Assembly (NCBI GenBank): GCA_951406725.2
Contig: OX597818.1
Location: 81,096,001 to 81,160,000 of the forward strand
Source of the DNA: Octopus vulgaris
Taxonomy: Eukaryota
Direction: 5' to 3'
Length of the DNA stretch: 64,000 bases
The notes under the pieces are model-generated. The model did no database searches. It saw nothing but the letters and a program-made list of their open reading frames with translations, and was not told the origin of the DNA. The position numbers were made by a program, and so were the translations under genes. Position 1 is the first letter of the stretch. Each line of letters opens with the position of its first letter. Shown here piece after piece: positions 41,880 through 56,229 of the stretch.

Positions 41880-42670
41880 TTTTCCCCATGCTCTTCCGTC
41901 TCTTTCTTCCTATACTCTGTCTCCTCCCCACTCCCCTACATCACCTTAATCAGTTCCTCCTCCTAACACTCCCTCTTTCTCTCCATCACCTACTCCACCC
42001 CACACCACTTCCCTTTTATCATTTGCCCTTCCTACAATCCTTTTTTCCTTCCCTCTTGCCCACACTCATTCCCCTCCATTATCTCTTCTTCCTCGCCCTC
42101 CGCCATCCCCTTCACTGGATTCTCCTCCTCTTCACCGACTCAACCTTCTTATACTCAATCTTCTCCTCACCCCACTCCTTCTTCCGCTTCATCATCTCCT
42201 CCACCCCACGCCCACCCTTCTTCCTCACTGCCTCCTGTTTCTCCACAGTCGTTCTTCCCCTCACTTATTCTGTTTTCCCACCCTGGTTCCCTTCACCATA
42301 CCTTCTTTGCTGTACTCTACCTTCCTCTTCACCAGGGTTTCCTCCCCTTCCTCTTTCACACACTCCTCCCTATACCCCACCTTCCTTATCACTGGTTCTT
42401 CCTCCCCACATCACTCCAACCCAGTCACCAGCTCCTCCTCGTCCTCTACTCTCCTCTCCTCTCTTCCTCATCCTCCTCGTCCCCCTCCTCGTCCTCCTAC
42501 GTCCGCCTCCCTCATCCTCCTTTCGTCCTCCTTTCCGTCCTCCTCCCTCGCTCTCCTCCCCCGTCCTCCTCCTGCCTCCCTCTTCTCATCCCTCAGCTCC
42601 TCCCAACTCTCCTGCCACCCTTCCGTTCATCTCTCCTCCCACCTCTTCTCCCCTCTCACCCTCCTCCTCT
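41880..42670. repeat. ~800-bp polypyrimidine (C/T-rich) low-complexity tract
   Basis: Extreme strand asymmetry; explains the stop-free 370-aa P/L/S/F ORF. Confidence 0.85.
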
Positions 42671-42997
42671 GCAATTTTCTCCATTTCATTCGCTGGCACT
42701 CAACCTTTACACAGCCACGGCAACACTCAAAAGATTGGTCATCAGGAAACCATATTTCCCTTAATTTCATCCCGTGCAGCGCCTGCTCGTTCGTTCTTAC
42801 GTTGCCGTGGAATCAATTTTGCCGGAATAGCCGTAATAAACCACAGCGATTTAAAAAACGTTAACTTACACCGAATGCTTGGTGGGATAGAAAAGTAGGT
42901 GGATCAGTGGATAAGATTCATTAAACCACAGTCTAATCACTAAGAAATTTCCCAATTGCCTTGTCGCTCTCTGGCTCCCTCTCTGTCTATCTCTCTT

Positions 42998-43147
42998 TGC
43001 TTCCCAACCACAATGGTTCCGGGTTCAGCCCTACTGCGTGGCACCTTGGACAAGTGTCTTCTGGTATAGCTTCGGGCTGACCAAAGGTTTGTAAGTGGAT
43101 CTAGTAGACGGAAACTGAAAGAAGTCCGTCGTATATATATAAATATG

Positions 43148-43179
<32 letters not shown>

Positions 43180-43356
43180 CGTATGTGTGTATGTGTGTCT
43201 GTGCCTTTGTGTCTGTCTTCGTCTCCCCACTATCGCTTGACAACCGCTGTTGTTGCGGTTACGTCCCCGTAACTTAGCGGTTTGGCAAAAGAGACAGATG
43301 GAATAAGTACTAGGCTTACAAAGAATAACTCCTAGAGTATGAAACAAGTAAAAGAA
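42998..43356 (+). mobile_element. SINE family A
   Basis: Matches the 35815 copy; 5' end slightly truncated. Confidence 0.9.
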
Positions 43357-43382
43357 TATATATATGTAACATATAGTATAAT

Positions 43383-43438
<56 letters not shown>

Positions 43439-43442
<4 letters not shown>

Positions 43443-43676
43443 GTTGACGCATAATTATTGCGGCTCTTTTCAACAAATTTTATTCAACAGCATGTAACAA
43501 AAACATCTTTACATGATTATTCCGGAGCATATTTACCATCTGCTTCAAGTACTGCTTCCCATTTGCTTGGCAGACGGTCTGACTGTCATTTAAAGATGTT
43601 TTTGTTAAATATTGTTACTGTTTTTGTTGAATAAAATGTTTTGAAAAAAAGCCGCAATAATTATGCACCAACCTAA
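43439..43676 (-). mobile_element. Mariner-derived MITE in (TA)n
   Basis: TIRs ttgggttgacgcataattattgcggc / gccgcaataattatgcaccaacctaa, TA-flanked; the interior encodes a transposase C-terminus DRLPSKWEAVLEADGKYAPE* on the minus strand. Confidence 0.88.
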
Positions 43677-43691
43677 TATATATATATATAT

Positions 43692-43875
43692 ATACTACAT
43701 ATATGGAAAATCGGTGTGTGTTTGTTTGTGGCGTTGTTAGCTAACTCCTCCGACATCGTTCTATTGATTTTGATGAAACTTGACACGTGAGTAGAACCCA
43801 TGTCTGGGAACCTCGAGACATACTTAGATTGTTGAAAAAAATCGATAATACGGCACCTGGAAGGGATCTTTATAC
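43692..43875 (+). mobile_element. 5' part of the Helitron-like family seen at 15345-16276
   Basis: ctacatatatgg...gttagctaactcctc...gatgaaacttgaca...agattgttgaaaaaatcgataata is the reverse complement of 16110-16275. Confidence 0.75.
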
Positions 43876-44749
43876 CTATCTCATATAGCTAATTTTTTAA
43901 ACACCCGAGGGAAATAACCTATAGCATCTGCACAATATTGTTTTTAAACGCTCAAGGGAAATTAGCCCATATCACCTTTACTTACAGTTGTTAGTTTTTA
44001 GCGAAGCGATCAATATTTGATTCTCACGATCAGCGGACCTAATTCTGCATTTCACTACTCACAGCTTTCAAATGCTAAACCTTATTATTGTACTTTCTTG
44101 ATGCTTTTACACTTTCAATGACCATATCTCCGATAATTCTGCATTTTCCAGTCAAAATATTTCGATGACAGTACATAAATGTTTGATTCCAGAACGTATA
44201 TATAAGTGTATCCCAATACAATGAACCCATACTTTGAATGCTTAAAATTCTTAAAAAATGAAACCAAACTTCCACACAACATTCAGTTGGGACACCCTGT
44301 ATCACTTATAATTATTTTACAAATCATAATATTTGTTGCATATTTACAGTTCATACAACATTTTCATGAAACTAATTGAGCCATCGAATTTAGAAATATT
44401 TTACAGGTTTCAATGTTTATGTTCGATTTCTTTGAATATTGATTGTTTGTGTGTCAAATTTTTAATTTTTGCAGAAAATATCACTTTTATACTTTATTTG
44501 ACACGTGAGTGTCAAATATTTGGAAACCTTGTGGCATACTTAGATTGTTGAAAAGCTCCAGCCCCTAACAATAGGCAGCATAGATAACAATAGTCAATGA
44601 TTACTTGAGTCTTGCCCACTTCATGGAAGGCGTGTCACCAATACTTCTGAAATCAGCTGAGCATTAAATATCTTGAAAATATCCCCTTTACAAACATTGG
44701 CACCAACTAGATCTGATATTCAGAGGGCGTTGCCATTCGAGGAATCTGC

Positions 44750-45400
44750 TCGTGGCTCGACCCTTTTTGAGCGAAACATACGACATAGCTCACCTTTTGG
44801 GTTACTGCAAGATCAGACTGTACTAAAAACAGATGCACTGTATGAAACCACACAGAAAGCAGTGCATTATGATTTCGGCTTAATTATCAGTTCGAAGAAG
44901 ACAAAAGTGCTGGGCCGCAGTGCTGAGCAGGCATCTACTACCACCGTCAATAATAGTGAAAAGCAGTCCACGAGTTTACATACCTCAGCTTCACTATCAG
45001 GGACAACGTCTCTTTAGAATCTGAGATCAACAAATTTATAAGAAGAGCAATCTCAACACTAGCTTGGAGAAGGGTAAGCTAACGGCGAAACATCAAAGTT
45101 GAACTCTACAGAATTGTGTCTTCAGCACACCGGTTTGTGATAGTGAGATCAGAAGCAATTACTCCAGACTAGAGCAGTGTTTCAATGCCTTCCACCTAGG
45201 CAGCCCGGTAGGGATTATGAACATCAAATAGATCGGCTGAGTTTCAAACAATGAGGTTTTGGCACGCATGAAGACACCCAGTTTTCATCCTAGTGCGACA
45301 ACGACGCCTTTTTTGACATATGGGAGGATCCTCAAAGACCTATTTATGGTGAACTGGCCTCAGCTAAGAGAACGCAAGGTCGGTCTCATCTTTGTTTCTT
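44750..45400 (+). mobile_element. RTE (BovB-like) LINE reverse transcriptase/thumb fragment, heavily frameshifted
   Basis: DFGLIISSKKTKVL, VHEFTYL..TI.DNVSLESEINK, NAFHL, VSNNEVLAR, QRRL and YGELASAKR..GR motifs. Confidence 0.85.
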
Positions 45401-45789
45401 TTAAATTATAACATGACTAAGCCTTAATTTTGCACCAATAAAAATGCTGTTTGTCATGTGGCTTTGTCATCCGGATATAGTGGAAAACATTTTCAGATAC
45501 ATGACGCGAGATTCTTTATATTTACTATTTTCAAACAATGAAATTGCCTACTTTTAGGCACGTTAGCTATTCAACAAACAATTTTACTGTACCACACCTT
45601 GTCATATTAATAGCCGTATGCCGACCATTGATCAGAGCCGTTAAATAATATCCACAGAATTCCATCATATCTTAAATTCCCAGACGAGCTCACACATTCT
45701 CTCACCTTGCTCTAAAGTACATGTTCATATTCTTGCAGACGAATTCTCCGAACAGCTCTACACAGATATCAATATAAAGGTAATCCAAA

Positions 45790-45945
45790 GATGGCGAGCT
45801 GGCAGAAACGTTAGCACGCCAGGCAAAATACTTAGCGGCGTGTCATCCTTTCGGGGTCGATAAAATAAGTGCCAGTCGAGCAATGGGGCCCATGTAATCG
45901 ACTTATCTCCTTCTCCCGAAATTGCTGGCATTGTGCCAACAGTTA
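45790..45945 (+). mobile_element. SINE family B with internal deletion
   Basis: ggcgagctggcagaaacgttagcacgcc...tcatcctttcggggtcgataaaataag. Confidence 0.8.
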
Positions 45946-46749
45946 AAACCGATATAAAGTTAATCCATGCCCCCACACTTACACACCATGGTTTATCAAT
46001 AAACAATACTTTTTAAATTGCATCATATATATTTTATGAACCGTTGTTAAATTGCTTTCAATGTGTTTTATTTTTACACTCGAACTACTAATTCTTGCGC
46101 TCTGTCAGAGATACTGAATGTAAGCTGTAACTATTTTAGTTTACATATATCCTCGTTTATCACGGGCGTTTGGTTAAAAAAAAATCACCTTGTTAAATGT
46201 GATAAATGTCTAACTTCGCAGAATATTGAATTAAGCGTAATTATTAGTCTCGAGTTAAGCTGCGCTGCCGAGTCCATATGAGGATGAAATAGCGCTATAC
46301 ATGACTAACAAAAGCTAAAAAACTATAAGGCATTTATAATAGGTAGAAAAAGATCTTAAATGAATTTACTCTGTACATCTGTTTTACTCTTCGATGTATA
46401 TTCCTCAACTTAACTTAACCTAGAAGAAATTATCAAAAAAAACAAAAAAAAAAAAAACAAAAGTCATCAGGAACACATCACATGCCTGAATAATAGAACA
46501 TATATGGAAAAAATAGGCTCCATTCCAAGGCCCTAAGTTCTCCCGAGCATTGAATGATGAATGGGGAACACTCTTGCGGTCGAAAACTGAATATTTGATT
46601 GATCACCAACCCGTGTAATCACAGATTACTTTACGAGAAGCATAACATGGCTCAAAATTGAGTGCATCGCGTTATCGCGGATCAGTGATTAATGAATCAG
46701 TGTAAAGGAGGATAGATGTCCCACTAAAATCATTTATCTTTTTTTATTT

Positions 46750-47137
46750 ATGCCTGTTTCAGCCATTGGACTGCGGCCATGCTTTGGCCTTGCTGAGGCC
46801 GTGCTGTAGCCAAGCATCGAAGGGTCTTAGTCGAACGAGTCGACCCCAGCACTTACTATATCGGCCTCTTTTGCCGATCCACTTTTTGCCGACATAAACA
46901 AACCAAGAGCGATTGTCAAGTGGTGATGGGGACAAACATAAAACAAAGACAAACAGACAGTCATACACACTCACATATACTATGGGATTCTTTCTGCTTC
47001 CATCTCCCACATACACTCATAAGACGATGATCGATCCGCGGCTACAGTAGAAAAAACTTGTCTAAGGTGTCATGTAATGGAACTGAAACGAGAACCATGA
47101 GGTTGAGAAGCAGTAACTCCTTACCACACAGCTACGC
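46750..47137 (-). mobile_element. SINE family A, old copy
   Basis: Degenerate but colinear with family A. Confidence 0.75.
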
Positions 47138-47381
47138 AACATTTTGAACTTTGTTGCTGGAAACGGTCTTTGTACTTCCGAGCAATTTTATAATACAGCA
47201 AGCGGTGACAAAATATGCTGTAATAAATTTACTGTTGTATTATTGGCGCAGAGATCTGATGTGATCAAATATTTTTGTTGGAAAATAGCGCAATAAAAAG
47301 AATATATATATAAACTAATTTTCTTTTATTGTTACGTTTATGAACATTTTAAAATTTCCCAAATATATTTATATGCGTGTG

Positions 47382-47421
<40 letters not shown>

Positions 47422-47621
47422 CGCACAATCTCACTCATACACACGCACAAACGCTCACGTACATATAGTAAAACAGAAGTTGACAGTGACTTAGAAGTTT
47501 CATTAAAGAGGTTTATCAAGCAGTAAGCTATAAAAATAAAATGTTGCTTATATACAGAGATACAGGTCTTAGGTATAGGAAATGCCAGGGATTACAGTAG
47601 TAGTAGTAGTAGTAATAGTAA

Positions 47622-47654
<33 letters not shown>

Positions 47655-48394
47655 CAGTTGTAGTAGTAGTAGTTGTAGTCGTATTCGTAGTAGTAGTAGT
47701 AGTAGTAACAGCAGCATGGCTGGAACGTGTCAAATACTTTAAGCTGTAGTTGATAAAATTAGTTTGCACAAAGAGTTGTGTATTTATCCAAATACACATA
47801 CAGTAGAGATAAGGAGATATAAAATCTAAAAATAGAGATTTGAAATAAAGAACGTGGAAAAGTACACGAAAGAGGGATGTAAATCAATAAGAAATAATTG
47901 GATAAGAAGGCAAGTATTCTGTATATAGGCAAGTGAATATGAAAAGGACAGCTGGAGTATATTGTCTAAGTTGTGTTGGAATCAGTGTCTGAAAGAAAAA
48001 GTTGCAATTCTCTGTGGAGCTTTAATTTAGCTGCAAAGTGAGGGTCGTTCGTTTCTGGTGGAATGCACGTCATAGAAGCAAACGGTTAGTTGTGGAGAAT
48101 TCAGGAAGGTTGCAAAGGGTACAGTATTGAATTTTTCTTAAATTTTGAAGTGGAGGATAACATGCCTTCGCTTATGTAACTATAACATACATACATGTAT
48201 ACATAGTTGGAACCCCCCCTCCCAACCAAAACAAAAAAGACGAAGACTGGTGTGTAAACAACAAACAGATCCATTAGTTTAACGCTCGGGAAGTGAAAAA
48301 AGTCTTTTACGTTTCGAACCTACGCTCTTGAACATAAAGGTACACATTACTGAACGGAAACAGAAAATAAAAAAAGGTTTAGTGGCTAGCGATC

Positions 48395-48435
48395 ATACAT
48401 ACATACATACATACATACATACATACATACATACA

Positions 48436-48469
<34 letters not shown>

Positions 48470-48530
48470 CATACATATATACATACATACATAATACATA
48501 CACACATGCATGCATACATACATACATACA

Positions 48531-48564
<34 letters not shown>

Positions 48565-48758
48565 CATACATACATAATACATACACACATACATATATAC
48601 ATACATACATAATACATACACACATGCATGCATACATACATACATACATACATACATACATACATACATACACACACACATACATACATACATACATACA
48701 TACATACATACATAATGATACATACATACATACATACATACATACATACATACATACA

Positions 48759-48792
<34 letters not shown>

Positions 48793-48846
48793 CATACATA
48801 CATAATACATACACACATGCATGCATGCATACGTTCATACATACAT
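48395..48846. repeat. (CATA)n microsatellite
   Basis: Direct inspection. Confidence 0.95.
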
Positions 48847-49055
48847 AACCTGGAGGATAAAGAAATAAGAACTCAAGTATGTTAGAAGCCATAGCCACTC
48901 ACAATATAAAGAAGTACTGGTGGAATGTCCCAGAGAAAACCTCAATAAAATATAAACACAATAGACCTGATATAATGATCTGGGATAGAGAAGAGGAACT
49001 GTGTACAATTGTGGGAAATCAGCTGCCCAGTGGATGTTGATACGAAGCTGAATAT
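48847..49055 (+). mobile_element. R4/Dong-clade restriction-like endonuclease (PD-D/ExK type) fragment
   Basis: KKYWWNVPEKTSIKYKHNRPDIMIWDREEELCTIV, frameshift, EISCPVDV. Matches the W....T....NRPDI...D.....IE..P.D motif. Confidence 0.85.
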
Positions 49056-49347
49056 AGCAAACTTATAGATAGATATCTGAGTATATTTCACTGATGAAGG
49101 CAGAGCATTTCTTATGCAGAGCCCAAAATCCGGGATCAGGAATTATCCAGTAATTTTATTTGCTAGTTTATTTTGTCTCTTTGTCTTCTCTCCTGTTGCT
49201 GTATGAACATTTAATGTGGTTTTAGAGCCAAATTTTGACTGCTATTTCCAGCGTAGTGGTATCTCTTAGTTACCCCAAATTATAATTATATATACTTATA
49301 CATACATACATACATACATACATACATACATACATGCATACATGCAT

Positions 49348-49467
<120 letters not shown>

Positions 49468-49544
49468 TAGCATTTTAACATGAAACTGAAAGATAACTTA
49501 AAACTTTTTAGTAGGGTTTTATTAATTTTTACAAAGAAGAGGTT

Positions 49545-49800
49545 GATAGAGGATGCACGTGTCTTTGTGATTGAGGTGGTCCATCGATAATCGTATGATT
49601 GTGGTTTCGATTCCCAGACCTGGTGATGCATTGTATTTTTGGGCAAAAAACACTTCATTTCATGTTGTTCCAGTCCACTCAGCTGGCAAGAATGAGTAAT
49701 TCTGCGACGGACCAGAGTCCCACCCAGGGAGAATATATACATCACAAAAGCCAGGAAAACAGCTTTATGAGCCTATGGCTAGGGAAGGAGCTTTGGACCT
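49545..49800 (+). mobile_element. SINE family D, decayed
   Basis: cacttcatttcatgttgttccagtccactcagctggc block. Confidence 0.8.
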
Positions 49801-50724
49801 TAAGTACTAAGGTTTAAACTAAAATATAATTTTATTTATGAATTCATTTTTACGTAAGGATCACAATAATTACTTTCTATTACTTGCCTCGCAGCAACGA
49901 GAGGTGATGAGACTTTAAACTTACTTTTAGAAGCGATTGTGACAACATGCCATAGAACATATATATTTGCACAAATAAAGTAGCTTTCTCGAGAAACAGT
50001 TATTACAGTTCTGTTAGTACAAAGTGATGCTTTATTACCTTATTTCCCAAGTAAATCGACATTTGACATAGTTGATAGTGACAGGAAAATTTATCATATA
50101 TTAAGCAATCGTGGAACTAAGCACATAATACTTTTCCTTGTGCAACAGAAGCTGAATTTACTCTACGCTGAATTCCAATCCATGCATTTCAGGTTAATAT
50201 CCTCTGTATTTAATGGCATCATCAGAATGCAAAAATCTATTGAGGTTCTTTATTAAAGATGCATTTCTGCAGGACATGGAATCAACAGAAATAGATGAGA
50301 AGCAATAAAAGTAATTACAAAAACATTAATGATGTTTATCTTGGAGAAAAGGCAACAACACATTCAATAAAGGAATTCTGTGACGGTGAAATCAGTCTTG
50401 GAAGATTTAAAACTGATTTGTTTGGAATCCCTTGTGGAATCTTGTTTTCAGATAAGTGGTTTCAATTTCAGAGAAGATATTAGACACAAAAGTAGCTCAT
50501 GATATTCATTAGCTGTTCATTTTGCCTCCATTGTGCCGGAAGAATAGAGCAAATAATCTTGATAATCTATGGAGGAGTTAGCCTTTAATGGAAGGACAAT
50601 TTGCATATCGTTACTGGAAATATTTCTGAATTTTGACAAAAGGATTCCCTAATTCAAAATATAATTTAAAAAAAAATAAAATGTTTAATCAGTTTAACTG
50701 TTTTGCTAACATCCCTTCTAATCC

Positions 50725-51085
50725 TTCTTTTACTTGTTTCATTCATAGGACTGTGGGCATTTCTTTAAAGGGAACAACTTGACCTCAGTACTTATTCTAT
50801 AATAGGTTTCTTTTACCGAACCATTAAGTTGTGAGCACGTCAATTAACCAACACTGGTTGTCATGCAGTGTCAAACACTCTACTATTGGGAACAAACAAA
50901 AGCACCAAGATACACGCATACATGCATACACACACGCTTGCATTTACTCACACACACACACTCATACGATTAACTTCCAACAGTTTCCGTCTAGCGAAGT
51001 CACTTGCCCAAGGTATCGTGCTGTGGGAATGAACCAGAAATCACGTAGTTGAAAAGCGAGTTCCTTGACCACACGGCTATGCCGG
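50725..51085 (-). mobile_element. SINE family A, very decayed
   Basis: ttttacttgtttca..., tttccgtcta, cacttgcccaagg and accacacggc motifs in the expected order. Confidence 0.65.
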
Positions 51086-52174
51086 TTGTAAGCACCGAAA
51101 AAACTATTTTCGATAATGTATAATGAATACAAAACAAAATCAACGAGAATCACAAATAATATACTCTTTGAATAGAAATTGAAGAAACGGAGGAGGGGGT
51201 AATTATTGTGATCTATATGTAAAAATAAACAAATGAAGATACAATTATAGTTTAGTTTAAACTGTGATATTTTTAATGCTTTTTCATTTTACTTTTTGCG
51301 AGCTTAATTTGAGGGTTTCTTTGAAATCTTATAAGAAGTCCTCTCAACGAATTGCATCAAACAGCAGTGGCTTCATATACGCACATAATTATATACATAT
51401 ACATTTATCAAAGATAAATTTAAATTAACTAATTCATAGTTTTAAAATCTTTGATGTGAATTTCTAAACAAATCTAAACGAATCTTGTTATTATTTTCGT
51501 ACACAGAAAAAAAAAATATAAAAAAAAAGATTGCCCTAATATACTTCATAGTTTATTGGACATTTATCAAAGGATGTGTAGCACCTCGACCTTCATGAAA
51601 ATAACTACAAAGCAATTGCTATTTAAATCAAAAACAAACCAGAACTTAGATGTAGTTCGTTTGTCGGTAGCTTGATTTATGCATAACATAACATGTATCT
51701 GAAGCCTAAGATAAATTTAATGAAGTTAAACTAGAGATTTAAAACTTTACCCAAGAAGCTATAAAAAGATATAGTCACATCGTATTATTTTCGAACACAA
51801 AAAATAAAGGAGTCTGCCCTAACATGCTTCACATTTCATGGACATCTTATTAAAGGACTAAGAACTTATTCTTCTACTCACGAAGAGAACTACATAGCGA
51901 TTCCTGTTAAGATCTATCACATGCCAGAACTTATCTATAATGGTTTGGTTAACTTGCATACCATACTTTTGTCGGTCAGAGGAACATCGAAAAGTTGTAA
52001 TCCGAGGAGAGAGAAAAACCAGGCTTGACCAAACATTTGTGAAATACAAACAGAAGTATCCAACTCCTGTGGAACAACACTGGAAGATTAGGCGATTAAA
52101 AGAAACAGCGCTTATACTGGGTTTCAATGACGTACTTAGAAGACCTAGCCTTGGGAGGAGGAACGCTACATTCC

Positions 52175-52530
52175 ATTAAACCCATCATCAATCCCTAATA
52201 AGCATAGGCCATCGACGACTTTTCTCTACTTTCCTCGACTTTGGATTGTCTTTGTCTCCCTGGAATTTTGTTGGTTTTGAATCACCGTCGACGCTTCTAT
52301 AACCTTGCCTTTTCCTATGCCGGGTGTGTTGGCCCTACGCAAACTGGTTTTGAACTCTGGGAAGATATGGTCTATATTAGTCTGGACATTGTCTTGCGAC
52401 CCGTTTCGTATTGGAGATCCTGCGGGTATTGGAGGTCCTGCTGGTCCTTCGTATTGGAGCTTTTTGCTGGTATAGCTGTCAGAGTCATATGGCACACAGG
52501 CCACCACATCACTGCAAGAACTGGACCTTG
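52175..52530 (-). mobile_element. Possible internally deleted (bipartite) RTE-type element
   Basis: Minus strand starts with an RTE 5'UTR-like gtggtggcctgtgtgccatatgactctgacagctatacc and ends with an RTE 3'-like gtcgatggcctatgct...ggga; resemblance recalled, not searched. Confidence 0.45.
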
Positions 52531-52766
52531 TGGGGGGAGGAACACCATATGGAAGAGTAACGTAGAAAGAAAGAACATTAAATCTACTTTATAAAATAAG
52601 GTTTAAAGCTCTTAATTACTACTAAATAATTGTTCATTGAAGCAGTGAAATATATCTTATGATCCGGTTCATTCCACAATTCAGAATGCTAATCGTTTGG
52701 AGCCTAGTTAGTCCTTAGATGATAGGGGACCGCTTGGAAAAACTAGGTGCTGTAAGACTCTTGTTT

Positions 52767-53020
52767 GTGGAGGAACGTGGCTTAGTGGTTAGGGTGTTGG
52801 ACTCATGATCGTAAGATTGTGGTTTCAATTCCTGGACCGGGTGACACGTTGTGCTCTTGAACAAAAGACTTCATTTCATGTTGCTCCGGTCCACTCAGCT
52901 GGCAAAAATGAGTAATCCTGACGGACCGGCGTCTCATCCATTTGGGGGAATTTATACGCCATGAAATCGAGAAATCGGCCTTAATTAGTCGGTATAGCTT
53001 GAGAAGGTAACTTTACCTTT
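52767..53020 (+). mobile_element. tRNA-derived SINE, family D
   Basis: gtggaggaacg TGGCTTAGTGG ttagggtgttggactcatgatcgtaagattgt GGTTTCAATTCC. Confidence 0.9.
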
Positions 53021-53787
53021 ACGTATATCTTTACTATTCAGCATTCACATCTTGCGTGGCGAAACTATTTCGCAGCTTAATCAACATTTCCACGAAGTCA
53101 AGAAACAAGTTATTAATTGTTCACCATTGAACAATACGGTCAGAATAACTGATCATAGAGAGGTCAGTTATTCTGCAATATTATTATAAAATATTTTCAG
53201 TTGTGGTGTAACAATCTGGATGTGTAACACGTGATCTGTGTTAACCAATGAAAACGTAACAAACTCACGCCATCTTGGATTTTCGAAAGATTTTTTTTCA
53301 TTATAAATAACTGAGTATCGAGTGTCTGATCACAAAAATTAAATGAAACTCCGTATAGCAGCATAAGGAATAAGCCGAATATATATATATGTGGATACAT
53401 ACGTTATATGTATGCGTTTGTATATGAGTGTGTCGTGTGTGTGTGTGTGTGCGTGCGTGCACAGATACATGTATATGTGTTGAGAGAGAGAGAGAGAGAG
53501 AGAGAGAGGGGGAAAGAAGAATGGAGTGAGGCATAGGATGAATGTCATACTAAAAATTCCAATTAAGATCTGTTGAAAAATATCAGCAACAAAAGTCACA
53601 GAAGCAGCACCATCGCTATTACCCCTACCTCAACCCCACCGCTACAATCACCGCCACCACTACCAGCACGACCACCGCCACCACCACCACCACCACAACC
53701 ACAACCACCAAGACTACTACTACTACTACCACTACTACCACTACTACTACTACTACTACTACAACTACCACCACCACCACAACCACA

Positions 53788-53823
<36 letters not shown>

Positions 53824-53824
53824 G

Positions 53825-53874
<50 letters not shown>

Positions 53875-53994
53875 AGGACAATGATTTACTGCAAGCTCCT
53901 TGTCAATTAATTACATCTGGCATTTATATTTGTAATGCGTTCTTGTGGAAAACATGTTTTAATACACACCTACGTACGTACGTATGTATATATG

Positions 53995-54028
<34 letters not shown>

Positions 54029-54188
54029 TGTATGTATGTATGTATGTATGTATGTATGTATGTATGTATGTGTGTGTGTATGTATCTATGTAAGTATGTA
54101 TGCATATATATATATGCCTCTTTTTATACATGCATATATATATATATATATATACATATGGACTTATCTGCGTAAGCATGTTTATGTA

Positions 54189-54229
<41 letters not shown>

Positions 54230-54802
54230 TGATGCAATATTGCAATAAGAGGATGTATGTATGCATGCATTTATAAAATTCATATACATACCTATACTCA
54301 TGTATTTATAAATATATGCATTTAAATATAATTATATACATAATACAAGAAACAGAAAACGTTCGAACCATTACACACATACATGTATACATACACACAC
54401 ATATGTACATACACACACATATGTACATACACACACATATGTACATACACATACATGTTCTTATATGTAATATATATACAAGCATATATATATATACTCA
54501 TATACATACACCCTCACGCACCTATAAATATGTACTTAGATTTATATATACATTCATTAGTGTAGGTATGTAGGTGAACATTTATGTATATGTATAAATA
54601 TACGTACAAACACACACACGCACAAACACAAACACACACATATACATAAGAATATATATACATATAATGTCCAAAAGTTCAATGGTACGGAACTGTTAAT
54701 TCAAAATTGGAATGGAAACATGAGTTTTGTCTGAAATAAAATTTAATTAAATGAAAGAATTCACATCCAAAAACACACTTACACTCACTTACTCACACAC
54801 GC

Positions 54803-54841
<39 letters not shown>

Positions 54842-54993
54842 TCATACGCGCGGCGGTGCAGACACGCATACGCATCGTTCACGTAATTCATGTGTACACA
54901 AACAGGCTCACCTATACTCATAGGTACACGTACAGATAACTATATGCACATGCACATACGCACACAAAAGGACCCGACACTTACACACACATA

Positions 54994-55041
<48 letters not shown>

Positions 55042-55243
55042 TGAGATGCGCATACGCAATTATACTTAAAACACACACGCAAGAATGCTCCTACATACAC
55101 ACGTTTGCACTTACATGCACATATACGTGTATATACATTCACGCAAAGGCGCACATAATCGCATACAGAATAACATGTATAGATACTCATAATAACTGAC
55201 TTTTATCACAAGACACATACACACAATATCGCAATCATACACG

Positions 55244-55330
<87 letters not shown>

Positions 55331-55543
55331 GTCTACACATCCACCTACTTCCTGCCACCCACCTACCTACATACATACCTACATATACCTACCTACCTTC
55401 CTACCTACGTATCTACGTATCTACCTACCTACCTACCTACCTACCTACCTACCTACCTACCTACCTACTACCTACCTACCTACCTACAAACCTACCTACC
55501 TACTACCTACCTACCTATCTATCTATCTATCTATCTATCTATC

Positions 55544-55594
<51 letters not shown>

Positions 55595-55785
55595 CACATC
55601 CACCTATGTCCTGCCCACCCACCTACATACATACCTACCTACGTATCTACGTATCTACCTACTTACCTACCTACCTACCTACCTACCTACCTACCTATCT
55701 ACCTACCTACCTACCAACCTACCTACCTACATACCTACCTACCTACCTACCAACCTATCTCTCTCTCTCTCTCTCTCTATCTATT
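55244..55785. repeat. (TATC)n/(TACC)n compound microsatellite, duplicated as a block
   Basis: ctacacatccaccta..cctgcc.acc.acctac junction occurs at about 55333 and 55592. Confidence 0.9.
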
Positions 55786-56028
55786 TGTCTGTATGTGTTC
55801 CCCACTATACATACACACGTATTATATACATATAATCAGGAACATGCATATTCATAATAGCATACACACACCTACACACCTACATAAATACACACACATA
55901 TGTATACCCAAATTGAAAATTATTACACACACATAGGTAGATATATACGCATACATGAAAAACAATTATATATAAATGACCAGACTTTTACAAAAACATA
56001 TGCATCCTCCCCTACTGACATATACACA

Positions 56029-56092
<64 letters not shown>

Positions 56093-56180
56093 CGTATGAA
56101 TATGCATACACAGATACTTGGTTACATACACACAGATATACATCTGTATATGTGTAAATAAATACAGATACACGTACGCA

Positions 56181-56229
<49 letters not shown>

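Noticed and set aside
41786-42898. 370-aa ORF, the longest in the window
   Set aside because: It lies on a C/T-rich low-complexity strand that lacks stop codons by composition; P/L/S/F-biased with no domain motifs.
47945-47990. AGVYCLSC as a GIY-YIG start
   Set aside because: A stop codon follows and no YIG or downstream motifs are recognisable.
50295-50483. Possible mariner N-terminal helix-turn-helix remnant (INDVYLGE...F.DGEISL)
   Set aside because: Similarity is too weak and no catalytic motifs or TIRs are nearby.
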